From positions 2,919-66,918 of the forward strand of contig CANAZG010000004.1 in NCBI GenBank assembly GCA_947365965.1: a stretch of DNA of 64,000 nucleotides, read 5' to 3'. Position 1 is the stretch's first letter. Every line of letters begins with the position of its first letter. The notes beneath the pieces were generated by a model. The model was given only the letters and a program-made list of their open reading frames with translations. It had not been told where the DNA came from and did not search any database. This document shows, in pieces, positions 45,784 through 54,039 of the stretch. The position numbers and the translations under genes were made by a program. This DNA is from an uncultured Clostridia bacterium. GTDB taxonomy: Bacteria; Bacillota; Clostridia; Oscillospirales; Oscillospiraceae.

Positions 45784-45812
45784 TTGCAATCTGCCGCCGT
45801 ATGGTGTATGAT
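45784..45812 (+). promoter_or_regulatory. Candidate promoter of the THF riboswitch-folT transcript
   Basis: TTGCAA, 17-nt spacer, TATGAT. Confidence 0.6.
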
Positions 45813-45859
45813 AACCCTGTCGCCGGGGTGAGGGCTCCGGTACACAACAGAATAGGATT

Positions 45860-45964
45860 GGTAGAGTAAGCATATCGCGTAAAGTGGCAAGAGGATGGGA
45901 AGTCGCCCTTGCACGAAAGGCCCCCGCGAAATAGGGCCTACGATGGTATGCTGCGTCCGCTACC
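45860..45964 (+). ncRNA. THF (tetrahydrofolate, THF-I) riboswitch
   Basis: GGTAGAGTAAGCATATCGCGTAAAGTG..GGATGGGAAGTCG..ACGAAAGG..TGCTGCGTCCGCTACC matches my recollection of the E. siraeum THF aptamer (AGAGUAG..UCGCGUUAAGUG..AUGGGAUGUCG..ACGAAG..UCCGCU). P1 is GGTAG/CTACC. folT lies downstream. Confidence 0.85.
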
Positions 45965-45984
45965 GCACGATCTCGGATGTATTG

Positions 45985-46032
45985 CATGCCAATCCCGGCC
46001 GCAGCGGCGGTCTGGATTGGCATGTTCTGTTT
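45985..46032 (+). terminator. Expression-platform terminator of the THF riboswitch
   Basis: CATGCCAATCC / GGATTGGCATG stem followed by TTCTGTTT. Confidence 0.65.
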
Positions 46033-46111
46033 CGGGGCTCTGTGCAGCAGCTTCCGTGCCACTTTACCTCCTAAAAACGCCTCAACGGCAGAATTGAAGG
46101 AGGAGACGCGA

Positions 46112-46180
46112 ATGAAGCGTAACCAAAACACCACCCATCTCCCTCACAGCGTATCAGCACGGAAGGAGGTGAGCCGGTGA
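46112..46180 (+). CDS. Possible 22-aa leader ORF coupled to folT
   Basis: GAAGGAGGAG SD 6 nt before the ATG. Peptide MKRNQNTTHLPHSVSARKEVSR. Its TGA overlaps the folT GTG (GTGA). No homology recognised. Confidence 0.25.
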   Translation: MKRNQNTTHLPHSVSARKEVSR

Positions 46181-47208
46181 GGCCAGTCAAGACGAGCACA
46201 CTGTACGCCACCCCCTTCTCCAAGGAGTACTGGCGGGACGCCGCCGCGGAGCTGCGGGACACCCGTATGCTGGTGTTCGCGGCCCTGATGATCGCCCTGC
46301 GGGTGGCCCTGAAGAGCCTGGGCATCCCCATTGCGGCGGATCTGAAGATCAACATCGCCTTTTTTGTCAACGCTTTCGGCGCCATGGTCTTCGGCCCCGT
46401 GGTGGCCATTGTGGCCGCCGCCATCTCCGACACCCTGGGGTGTCTGCTGGTCCCCTCGGGGGCCTACTTCTTCCCCTTTATCTTCATCGAGATCGCCGGG
46501 TCCCTGATCTTCGCCCTGTTCCTCTACCGGGCCAGGGTCACCGCCACCCGGGTCATCCTGTCCCGGTTCTGCATTGACTTCTTTGTCAACATCGTGCTCA
46601 ACACCCCCATCATGTGGCTGTACTACAAGATGGTGCTGGGCAAGTCCTACGCCATCTTCCAGCTGCCCCGGATCATCAAGAATCTGGCCCTGTTCCCTCT
46701 CGAGAGCGTGCTGCTGGTCCTGTTCCTCACGGCCATGATGCCTGTGGGCGCACGCTTCGGCCTGCTCTACGACAAGGGAGAGAACCTGCGGCTGCGCAAG
46801 CGTCAGGTGGCGCTGCTGGTCACCCTGTTTGTAGTGGGCGCGGCCTGCGTGGGGGGCTACTACGTATATAATTACAACACCAGCAACCACGCCTCCAAGC
46901 TGCCCCCGGCGGAGGTGACGGCAATCAACGGCGCACTGACCCAGCTGGGGACGGACCAGGGCCTTCTCCAGGATGGTCAGGTGGTTACAGTGAACAAGGT
47001 CTACAAGAAGCTGCGGGGGGACACCACTGTGGAGTTCACGGTCTACCAAACCACGGCGGAGACGGATCTGAACGCGGTGGCCGGATATCTGGAGAAGGCG
47101 GCCAAGGAGGACGCCACCCTGACCAAGGTGGCCTCCGGCAGCGCCCTGCTGGTGGGAGACGCCGCAGCGGCAGCCACGGGGATGACTGTGAAACCGGAGG
47201 GACAGTGA
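46177..47208 (+). CDS. folT: Folate-family ECF transporter S component (FolT-like) with a C-terminal extension
   Basis: 343 aa. GTG start with a GGAAGGAGG SD. The first ~190 aa look like a multi-TM ECF S component. They are followed by an extra TM helix and a ~130-aa soluble domain. Confidence 0.7.
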   Translation: MRPVKTSTLYATPFSKEYWRDAAAELRDTRMLVFAALMIALRVALKSLGIPIAADLKINIAFFVNAFGAMVFGPVVAIVAAAISDTLGCLLVPSGAYFFPFIFIEIAGSLIFALFLYRARVTATRVILSRFCIDFFVNIVLNTPIMWLYYKMVLGKSYAIFQLPRIIKNLALFPLESVLLVLFLTAMMPVGARFGLLYDKGENLRLRKRQVALLVTLFVVGAACVGGYYVYNYNTSNHASKLPPAEVTAINGALTQLGTDQGLLQDGQVVTVNKVYKKLRGDTTVEFTVYQTTAETDLNAVAGYLEKAAKEDATLTKVASGSALLVGDAAAAATGMTVKPEGQ

Positions 47209-47218
47209 TCTCCAGCCA

Positions 47219-47270
47219 TCTCTAAAGTTTTTCTTTTGCTTCTTTTCTTTGTTCACAAAGAAAAGAAGAG
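47219..47270 (-). repeat. AT-rich hairpin repeat, copy 8 (R)
   Basis: TCTCTAAAGTTTTTCTTTTGCTTCTTTTCTTTGTTCACAAAGAAAAGAAGAG, 10 nt after the folT stop. Confidence 0.85.
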
Positions 47271-47534
47271 AAAGAGAAGATGAAATAGGAGAAAAACCGC
47301 CGTTACCTTGCATAAGTTTTTGTTAACATTTTGTCAAACTTGTCACTTGCATATTGGCGGAAAGTTTGATATTATTTTAACGAGAAATGGGACTCAGACG
47401 GACCACCCATTTTTCTGCCGCGATGGCGTGAAAGTCGCGGCAAGATACATGTTATTATTTTAGAATGCCCACCCCGCCTGGGACCAGAGCGATCCGGAAG
47501 GGCGAGGCGGGCGAAGAAAGGAAATGTGAAAGAC

Positions 47535-49208
47535 ATGAGCTTCAAATCTGACATCGAGATCGCCCAGGAGACCACTATGCAGCACATCACCGAGGTCGCC
47601 AAGACTGCCGGCGTGGACCCCAAGTATCTGGAGCAGTACGGCAACTACAAGGCCAAGGTGGACTACAACATCCTCAACGAGACCGCTGAGCGTTCCGGCA
47701 AGCTGGTTCTGGTCACCGCCATCAACCCCACCCCCGCCGGCGAGGGCAAGACCACCACTACCGTCGGTCTGGCCGACGGCATGAAGAAGCTGGGCAAGAA
47801 CGTTCTGGTCGCCCTGCGGGAGCCCTCCCTGGGACCCGTCTTCGGCGTCAAGGGCGGCGCTGCCGGCGGCGGTTATGCTCAGGTCGTTCCTATGGAGGAC
47901 ATCAACCTCCACTTTACCGGCGACTTCCACGCCATCGGCGCTGCTAACAACCTGCTGGCCGCCATGCTGGATAACCATATTTACCAGGGCAACAAGCTGG
48001 GCATTGACCCCCGCCGGATCACTTGGCGCCGCTGCGTGGACATGAATGACCGCCAGCTCCGCTTTGTCACTGACGGTCTGGGCGGCCGGGTCAACGGCGT
48101 GCCCCGTGAGGACGGCTATGACATCACCGTGGCCAGCGAGATCATGGCCGTGCTGTGCCTGGCCAGCGACATCACCGATCTGAAGAACCGTCTGGCCCGT
48201 CTGGTGGTTGGCTACACCTACGACGAGAAGCCCGTCACCGCCGGCGATCTGAACGCCCAGGGCGCTATGGCCGCCCTGCTCAAGGACGCCCTCAAGCCCA
48301 ACCTGGTCCAGACTCTGGAGCACACCCCCGCCTTTGTCCACGGCGGCCCCTTCGCCAACATCGCCCACGGGTGCAACTCCGTCACCGCCACCAAGATCGC
48401 CCTGCGCCTGAGCGACTACACCATCACCGAGGCCGGCTTCGGCGCGGACCTGGGCGCTGAGAAGTTCCTGGACATCAAGTGCCGCATGGCCGGCCTGAAG
48501 CCCAGCGCCGTTGTGGTTGTGGCCACCATCCGCGCCCTGAAGTACAACGGCGGCGTGGCCAAGGCCGATCTGGGCAATGAGAACCTGGAGGCCCTGGAGA
48601 AGGGTATGCCCAACCTGCTCAAGCACGTGAGCAACATCACCAACGTCTACAAGCTGCCCTGCGTGGTGGCCATCAACCGCTTCCCCCTGGACACCGAGGC
48701 CGAGCTGAAGCTGGTGGAGGACAAGTGCCGCGAGCTGGGCGTGAACGTGGCCCTCAGCGAGGTGTGGGCCAAGGGCGGCGAGGGCGGCATCGCTCTGGCC
48801 GAGGAGGTCATCCGCCTGTGCGAGCAGCCCAATGACTTCACCTTCGCCTATGAGCTGGACGCCACCATCGAGGAGAAGATCACCGCCATTGTCCAGAAGA
48901 TCTACGGCGGCAAGGACGTGCTCTTCACCGCCAACGCCCAGAAGCAGATCCAGCAGCTCACCGCTCTGGGCTTCGACAAGATGCCCATCTGCATGGCCAA
49001 GACCCAGTACAGCCTCACCGACGATCAGACCAAGCTGGGCGCGCCCACCGGCTTCACCGTGACGGTGCGCAACGTGAAGGTCTCCGCCGGCGCCGGCTTC
49101 CTGGTTGCCCTCACCGGCGACATCATGACCATGCCCGGCCTGCCCAAGGTGCCCGCCGCCGAGCGCATCGACGTGGACGCCACCGGCAAGATCTCCGGCC
49201 TGTTCTAA
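47535..49208 (+). CDS. fhs: Formate--tetrahydrofolate ligase
   Basis: ORF track starts at GTG 47526. ATG 47535 ([11 protein letters not shown]) is preferred. [16 protein letters not shown] nucleotide loop. Confidence 0.92.
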   Translation: MSFKSDIEIAQETTMQHITEVAKTAGVDPKYLEQYGNYKAKVDYNILNETAERSGKLVLVTAINPTPAGEGKTTTTVGLADGMKKLGKNVLVALREPSLGPVFGVKGGAAGGGYAQVVPMEDINLHFTGDFHAIGAANNLLAAMLDNHIYQGNKLGIDPRRITWRRCVDMNDRQLRFVTDGLGGRVNGVPREDGYDITVASEIMAVLCLASDITDLKNRLARLVVGYTYDEKPVTAGDLNAQGAMAALLKDALKPNLVQTLEHTPAFVHGGPFANIAHGCNSVTATKIALRLSDYTITEAGFGADLGAEKFLDIKCRMAGLKPSAVVVVATIRALKYNGGVAKADLGNENLEALEKGMPNLLKHVSNITNVYKLPCVVAINRFPLDTEAELKLVEDKCRELGVNVALSEVWAKGGEGGIALAEEVIRLCEQPNDFTFAYELDATIEEKITAIVQKIYGGKDVLFTANAQKQIQQLTALGFDKMPICMAKTQYSLTDDQTKLGAPTGFTVTVRNVKVSAGAGFLVALTGDIMTMPGLPKVPAAERIDVDATGKISGLF

Positions 49209-49228
49209 GAAAAATCTCCCCGGTCTAC

Positions 49229-49264
49229 AAAATCCCGGCGGCGTACCCCGCCGCCGGGATTTTC
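49229..49264. terminator. Bidirectional terminator between fhs and the 81-aa minus-strand gene
   Basis: ATCCCGGCGGCG / CGCCGCCGGGAT stem flanked by an A-run and a T-run. Confidence 0.8.
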
Positions 49265-49276
49265 GCTGTATCTGTC

Positions 49277-49522
49277 CTACAGCAGCTCCGTCATCAGGGA
49301 CACCCCCAGCCGGAACCCCTCCCGGAAGCTGGCATAGTTCAGAAAATTCTCCTCATCACATAGACAGTTCCAATATCTTTCCGCAAACTCCCTGCCCAGT
49401 TCTGCTTCAATTTTCTCGAAAAGACTGTAGATTTCGGCACGGAGCTTTTCGGGAGGCTTTGGCTGCGCTTCAAGGGGAGAATACTGGTCTGTATAGATAT
49501 CTTGCAGAATACTCATTTGCAT
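49277..49522 (-). CDS. Small hypothetical protein (81 aa), divergent from XRE genes
   Basis: AAAGGAGGGAC SD. Lower-GC island. No motif recognised. Confidence 0.55.
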   Translation of the reverse strand: MQMSILQDIYTDQYSPLEAQPKPPEKLRAEIYSLFEKIEAELGREFAERYWNCLCDEENFLNYASFREGFRLGVSLMTELL

Positions 49523-49537
49523 TGTCCCTCCTTTTAC

Positions 49538-49574
49538 TCGTAATATACGATTTAATTTTAATCGTATATTGCGA
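49538..49574. promoter_or_regulatory. Operator-like inverted repeat in the divergent promoter region
   Basis: TCGTAATATACGATT (49538-49552), 7-nt spacer, AATCGTATATTGCGA (49560-49574). 14/15 positions are complementary. Confidence 0.6.
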
Positions 49575-49592
49575 TTTTGTCAAGAGGTTTTT

Positions 49593-49844
49593 ATGTTTTC
49601 AAAAGAATTGTTTGGTGAAAGGGTTTCCGTAATTCGAAAACAGCATGGCGAGACGCAAAAAATGCTGGGAGACACCATCGGAATGAGCAGCAATAATGTC
49701 AGCGAGATGGAGGGAGGAAAGAAAACAACCACCTCCGAAAAGATCGCTAAGATCTGCCGCCATTACCATGTCTCCGCCGATTACCTGCTGGGTCTCTCCG
49801 ATGACATGCAGGGGGGTATATACAGCTGGACCGACGAAGAATAA
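49593..49844 (+). CDS. XRE-family HTH transcriptional regulator (copy 1)
   Basis: Start moved to ATG 49593. 83 aa: MFSKELFGERVSVIRKQHGETQKMLGD..., an HTH_3-like fold. Confidence 0.75.
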   Translation: MFSKELFGERVSVIRKQHGETQKMLGDTIGMSSNNVSEMEGGKKTTTSEKIAKICRHYHVSADYLLGLSDDMQGGIYSWTDEE

Positions 49845-49906
49845 TTTCCCTTAACCGATGGATATTTTCGTTAGAGAGCTATTCGCAAACTTGTTAAGAG
49901 GTAACT

Positions 49907-50158
49907 ATGTTTTCCAGAGAACTATTTGGTCAAAGATTGCTTGAACTCCGACAACAGCATAAAGAAAAGCAGGATGACCTAGGCACAGTTATCTCTACTG
50001 GCAGAACAGCTATCAGCGAAATGGAGAGCGGCCGAAAAACGACAACTACCGAGAAACTCTCCTTGATCTGCCGCCACTACCATGTCTCCGCCGACTATCT
50101 GCTGGGCCTCTCTGATGACATGCAGGGCGGCACAGACCGATGGACCGACGAAGAATAA
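49907..50158 (+). CDS. XRE-family HTH transcriptional regulator (copy 2, tandem paralogue)
   Basis: 83 aa. The C-terminal ICRHYHVSADYLLGLSDDMQGG..WTDEE is identical to copy 1 despite synonymous nucleotide differences. Confidence 0.75.
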   Translation: MFSRELFGQRLLELRQQHKEKQDDLGTVISTGRTAISEMESGRKTTTTEKLSLICRHYHVSADYLLGLSDDMQGGTDRWTDEE

Positions 50159-50180
50159 TCTCCGTTAATCGCTGAATCCA

Positions 50181-50207
50181 TGTAGGGGCGAGCATTGCTC
50201 GCCCGCA
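50181..50207. repeat. GC-rich hairpin family copy (left end of a MITE-like element)
   Basis: TGTAGGGGCGAGCATTGCTCGCCCGCA. Confidence 0.7.
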
Positions 50208-50292
50208 ATCCCCCACACACCCCCAGCGGTCCGATAGACGCAGTTTTGGCCCTGCAATCGTTCTTTTGATGCCTCCCTGCGTCTCGACAGCA

Positions 50293-50319
50293 TACGGGCG
50301 AGCAATGCTCGCCCCTACA
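50293..50319. repeat. GC-rich hairpin family copy (right end, inverted)
   Basis: TACGGGCGAGCAATGCTCGCCCCTACA, close to the reverse complement of the 50181 copy. Confidence 0.7.
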
Positions 50320-50390
50320 CTATCATAATTGAGGCCGTTATCAAAATCGGGGCCATCATCCAAAACCAAAAAAGAAAGGAATCACATCCT

Positions 50391-51011
50391 ATGGATTTCG
50401 CACAAGCATCCTGCACGGAATTTGTAACCGTCCTGGCCTCCAACGCCCCCGTGCCCGGCGGCGGCGGGGCCTCCGCCCTGGTGGCCGCCATCGGCACCGC
50501 CCTGGGCAACATGGTGGGCTCCCTCACCGTGGGTAAAAAGAAGTACGCCGACGTGGAGGAGGAGATCATCTCCCTCAAGGCCAAGTGCGACAAGCTTCAG
50601 GCGGATCTCCTGGCCCAGATCGAGCTGGACGCCAAGGGCTTTGAGCCCCTGTCCAAGGCCTACGGCATCCCCAGGGACAACCCGGATCGGGACCGGATCC
50701 TGGAGGAGGCCACCGTGGTGGCATGCCAAGTGCCGGTAAAGATCATGGAGCTCTGCTGCGAGGCCCTGGACGCAATCGCCGTGTTCGCCGCCAAGGGGAG
50801 CCGTCTGGCGGTGAGCGACGCGGGCTGCGGCGCTGTGTGCGTCAAGGCCGCTCTCCAGGCCGCCTCCCTCAATGTGTTCATCAACACCAAGACCCTGAAA
50901 AACCGGGAGCTGGCCGAGGAGATGAATAAGAAGTGCCTGGGCATGCTGGATAAGTACTGCGCCCTGGCGGACGAGGTGTTCAACACGGTCAAGGACGGAT
51001 TCTTCCAGTAA
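50391..51011 (+). CDS. Cyclodeaminase/cyclohydrolase family protein (FchA-like methenyl-THF cyclohydrolase / formimino-THF cyclodeaminase)
   Basis: 206 aa. NAPVPGGGGASALVAAIGTALGNMV motif. Confidence 0.8.
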   Translation: MDFAQASCTEFVTVLASNAPVPGGGGASALVAAIGTALGNMVGSLTVGKKKYADVEEEIISLKAKCDKLQADLLAQIELDAKGFEPLSKAYGIPRDNPDRDRILEEATVVACQVPVKIMELCCEALDAIAVFAAKGSRLAVSDAGCGAVCVKAALQAASLNVFINTKTLKNRELAEEMNKKCLGMLDKYCALADEVFNTVKDGFFQ

Positions 51012-51038
51012 ATCATCGAAAGAAAGAGGATAATTGAT

Positions 51039-51899
51039 ATGGCTAAACAGCTTTTAGGAAAAGAAGTCAACGCCGCCCTCAACGCCCGCATCATCGCCGA
51101 CTGCGAGGCCTGCAAGGCCAAGGGCGTCAACCCCACCATGGCCATTGTCCGCTGCGGCGAGCGGCCCGACGATCTCAGCTATGAGCGCACCGCCGTCAAG
51201 CGGGCGGAGACCCTGGGCGTGGCGGTGGAGAAGTTCGTGCTGCCCGAGGACGTGAGCAGGGAGGAGCTTCTCAAGGTCATCGACGACATCAACGCCAACG
51301 ACAAGATCCACGGCGTTCTCATGTTCCGCCCCCTGCCCAAGCACCTGAAGGCGGACCAGGACATGATCTGCAACCGTCTGGACCCCCGCAAGGACATCGA
51401 CGGCATGACCGATCTCTCCAACGCCGGCGTGTTCATGGGCAAGGATCTGGGCTTCGCCCCCTGCACCCCCGAGGCCTGCATGGCCATTCTGGACCACTAC
51501 GGCATCGACTGCACCGGCAAGAAGGCGGTGGTCATCGGCCGCAGTCTGGTGGTGGGCAAGCCCGCGGCCATGATGCTCATGGGCAAGAACGCCACGGTGA
51601 CCGTGTGCCACACCCGCACCCAGGACGTGCCCGCAGTGGCCCGTGAGGCGGATATCCTCATCTCCGCCGCCGGCGTGCTGGGGAGCCTCACCAAGGAGTA
51701 TGTGCGCCCGGGCCAGATCGTGGTGGACGTGTCCATCAACTGGGACGAGGCCAAGGGGGGCATCGCCGGCGACGCCAAGTACGACGAGGTGGAGCCCATC
51801 GTGGAGGCCATCACCCCGGTGCCGGGCGGCGTGGGCACTGTCACCACCAGCCTGTCCATCGGCCATGTGGTGGAGGCGGCCAAGCGCACCCTTGGATGA
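51039..51899 (+). CDS. folD: Bifunctional methylene-THF dehydrogenase / methenyl-THF cyclohydrolase
   Basis: 286 aa. GVLMFRPLPKH, VIGRSLVVGKPAA and TPVPGGVGTVT motifs. Confidence 0.92.
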   Translation: MAKQLLGKEVNAALNARIIADCEACKAKGVNPTMAIVRCGERPDDLSYERTAVKRAETLGVAVEKFVLPEDVSREELLKVIDDINANDKIHGVLMFRPLPKHLKADQDMICNRLDPRKDIDGMTDLSNAGVFMGKDLGFAPCTPEACMAILDHYGIDCTGKKAVVIGRSLVVGKPAAMMLMGKNATVTVCHTRTQDVPAVAREADILISAAGVLGSLTKEYVRPGQIVVDVSINWDEAKGGIAGDAKYDEVEPIVEAITPVPGGVGTVTTSLSIGHVVEAAKRTLG

Positions 51900-51914
51900 T
51901 CGGGGGCGGTTTTA

Positions 51915-53252
51915 TTGGCTAACCAGAAAAATGACCCGGCGAAGGCAGTTCGGTTCTTCCTGATGGCCTCCTCTGCGGCCTTTCTCATCGCTGCGGGGCT
52001 TGCCCCGGACCGGGGGGAGATGGTGACCGGCCTTGCCCGGATTCTCATGTTCCCCGCCCAGCTGACAAAGGACTACTTTGCCGTGGGCAGCGTATCCGGC
52101 GCATTCCTCAACGTATCCCTGGTGGGCTTTGTGTGCGCGGCCATGGCCTGCCTGCCCGGCGCGGCGGTCAACGGCGCCACCATCGCCGCCTACTTCCTCA
52201 CCACGGGGTTCTCCTTCTGGGGCATCAACTTCCTGAATATCTGGCCCTTCTTCCTGGGGGTCATGGTCCATGCCCTGGTGCGCCGGGAGAGCTTTGCCAA
52301 GTACGTCAATCTGGCCATGTTCTCCACGGCCCTGTGCCCCCTGGCCAGTGAGCTTTTGCTGCGCTATCCGGGCGGCGAGGAGGTGCGGGGCGTCACCTTC
52401 GCCGGAGCGGCGCTGATGCTGGCGGTGGGGATGCTCATCGGCTTTCTCACCCCGGCCATGGCCGCCCACTCCCCCAACGTCCACAAGGGCTATGACCTCT
52501 ACTCCGCCGCCCTGCCCGGGGTGCTGCTGGGGCTGATGGCGGTGGCGGTGCTCTACAAGAGCCTGGGCCACGATGTGCCCGCTATCACCGCCACCCTGGG
52601 GGAGAGCTTCCCGGCGGTGGTATGGACCTTCTGTGGTATATTCTTCGCGCTGTGCATCCTGGGAGGCTTCTGGCTCAACGGCAAGAGCTTCCAGGGGTAT
52701 GGAGATCTTCTCCGGGACACGGGCCGGAAGGCGGACTTTGTGGCCAAATACGGCCCCGGTCTGGCCATCATGAATGTGGGCGTATACGGTCTGATGATCG
52801 TGGCCTACTACATCGCCGTGGGCGCGTCCTTCAACGGCGTGACCCTGGGCATCATCTTCTGCATGGTGTGCTTCGGGGCAGCCGGGAGCCACCCGGGCAA
52901 CATCTGGCCCATTATGGCGGGGTATGTGCTCTTCTCCCTGTTCTTCACCCAGGTTCTGGGGGGCCCCTTCCCTGTCAACGCCCAGGCTATTCTGGTGGGG
53001 CTGTGCTTTGCCAGCGGCCTTGCGCCCATTGCCGGGGACTTCGGCTGGTGGGCGGGGATTCTGGCCGGCGGGTGCCACTACATGCTGGTGACCTCCATCC
53101 CGGCCATCCACGGCGGCTTCAGCCTCTATAACGGCGGCTTCACCGCTCTGGTGGTGGCCACCATCCTGGTCCCCCAGCTGGAGACCTTCTGCAAGACCAA
53201 GGAGCAGCGGCTGGCGGCTGGAAAAGAAACCACAAGCGTTAAGGAGAGATAG
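51915..53252 (+). CDS. DUF1576-like polytopic membrane protein
   Basis: 445-aa ORF from TTG 51915 (start uncertain; alternatives are M17 and M36). At least 10 TM helices. The family name is from memory. Confidence 0.6.
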   Translation: MANQKNDPAKAVRFFLMASSAAFLIAAGLAPDRGEMVTGLARILMFPAQLTKDYFAVGSVSGAFLNVSLVGFVCAAMACLPGAAVNGATIAAYFLTTGFSFWGINFLNIWPFFLGVMVHALVRRESFAKYVNLAMFSTALCPLASELLLRYPGGEEVRGVTFAGAALMLAVGMLIGFLTPAMAAHSPNVHKGYDLYSAALPGVLLGLMAVAVLYKSLGHDVPAITATLGESFPAVVWTFCGIFFALCILGGFWLNGKSFQGYGDLLRDTGRKADFVAKYGPGLAIMNVGVYGLMIVAYYIAVGASFNGVTLGIIFCMVCFGAAGSHPGNIWPIMAGYVLFSLFFTQVLGGPFPVNAQAILVGLCFASGLAPIAGDFGWWAGILAGGCHYMLVTSIPAIHGGFSLYNGGFTALVVATILVPQLETFCKTKEQRLAAGKETTSVKER

Positions 53253-53255
53253 ACT

Positions 53256-53819
53256 ATGACAAAACAGGCCATCCGGTCCGAGGTGGCCGCACGGGTCAAG
53301 AACCTGTCCCCGGTGTACTGCCGGGAGGCGGACGAGGCCATCTGCCGCTGCCTTCTCCAGTCCAAGCTGTATCAGAAGGCCCGGACTATTCTGTGCTACA
53401 TAGGCACATCCGCAGAGATCAACACCATGCCTCTGCTCCACGCCGCTCTCCGGGACGGCAAGATCCTGGCCCTGCCCCTGTGCAGCCAGGAGAAAGGGAT
53501 CATGGAGGCCCGGCAGATTGCGGGGCTGGGGGATCTGGTCAGCGGCCGGTTCGGCATTCTGGCGCCCAAGCTCCAGTGTCCCCTGGTGGCGCCGGAGGAC
53601 ATTGACCTTGTGGTGGTCCCCTGCGCCACAGGCAATGCCAAGGGTCTCCGGTTGGGCTACGGCGGCGGGTACTATGACCGCTATCTGCCCCAGACCCGGT
53701 GTCCGGCGGTGCTGCTGTGCCGCACCCATGTCATGCGGGAGGACATCCCCATGGAGGACCACGATGTGGTGATGGATTACCTGATTACCGAGAAGGGCAT
53801 CACTGCCTGCAAGGAATAA
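53256..53819 (+). CDS. 5-formyltetrahydrofolate cyclo-ligase
   Basis: 187 aa. GYGGGYYDRYL motif. Confidence 0.88.
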   Translation: MTKQAIRSEVAARVKNLSPVYCREADEAICRCLLQSKLYQKARTILCYIGTSAEINTMPLLHAALRDGKILALPLCSQEKGIMEARQIAGLGDLVSGRFGILAPKLQCPLVAPEDIDLVVVPCATGNAKGLRLGYGGGYYDRYLPQTRCPAVLLCRTHVMREDIPMEDHDVVMDYLITEKGITACKE

Positions 53820-53878
53820 CGCAGAGCCAGGGAACCGCCCGATAGAGCGGTTCCCTGGCTGTCGTTTGTTGCCATTTT

Positions 53879-53930
53879 TGTTATCATTCTTTTTCTTGAA
53901 AGAAAATGAATCAAAAAGAACTTTTATACC
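53879..53930 (+). repeat. AT-rich hairpin repeat, copy 9 (F; left half of a doublet)
   Basis: TGTTATCATTCTTTTTCTTGAAAGAAAATGAATCAAAAAGAACTTTTATACC. Confidence 0.85.
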
Positions 53931-53960
53931 CTCCTCGAGCGCATTCTGACGATAGAACAC

Positions 53961-54011
53961 GTCTAAAGTTTTTCTTTTGCTTCTTTTCTTTGTTCACAAA
54001 GAAAAGAAGAG
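53961..54011 (-). repeat. AT-rich hairpin repeat, copy 10 (R; right half of a doublet)
   Basis: GTCTAAAGTTTTTCTTTTGCTTCTTTTCTTTGTTCACAAAGAAAAGAAGAG. Near-identical to copy 8. Confidence 0.85.
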
Positions 54012-54039
54012 AAAAAATCCAAAAGGAACAAAACCGCTT

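Noticed and set aside
47380-47500. A ZTP (pfl) riboswitch upstream of fhs, suggested by CCCCGCCTGGGAC, which resembles the conserved CCGCCUGGGCA 3' element.
   Set aside because: The 5' subdomain is missing. There is no ACUGGCG / GGGA..CCAC..GGGG P1-P2 architecture, only a 7-bp hairpin with a 14-nt loop. I kept the region as an unassigned leader in the findings.
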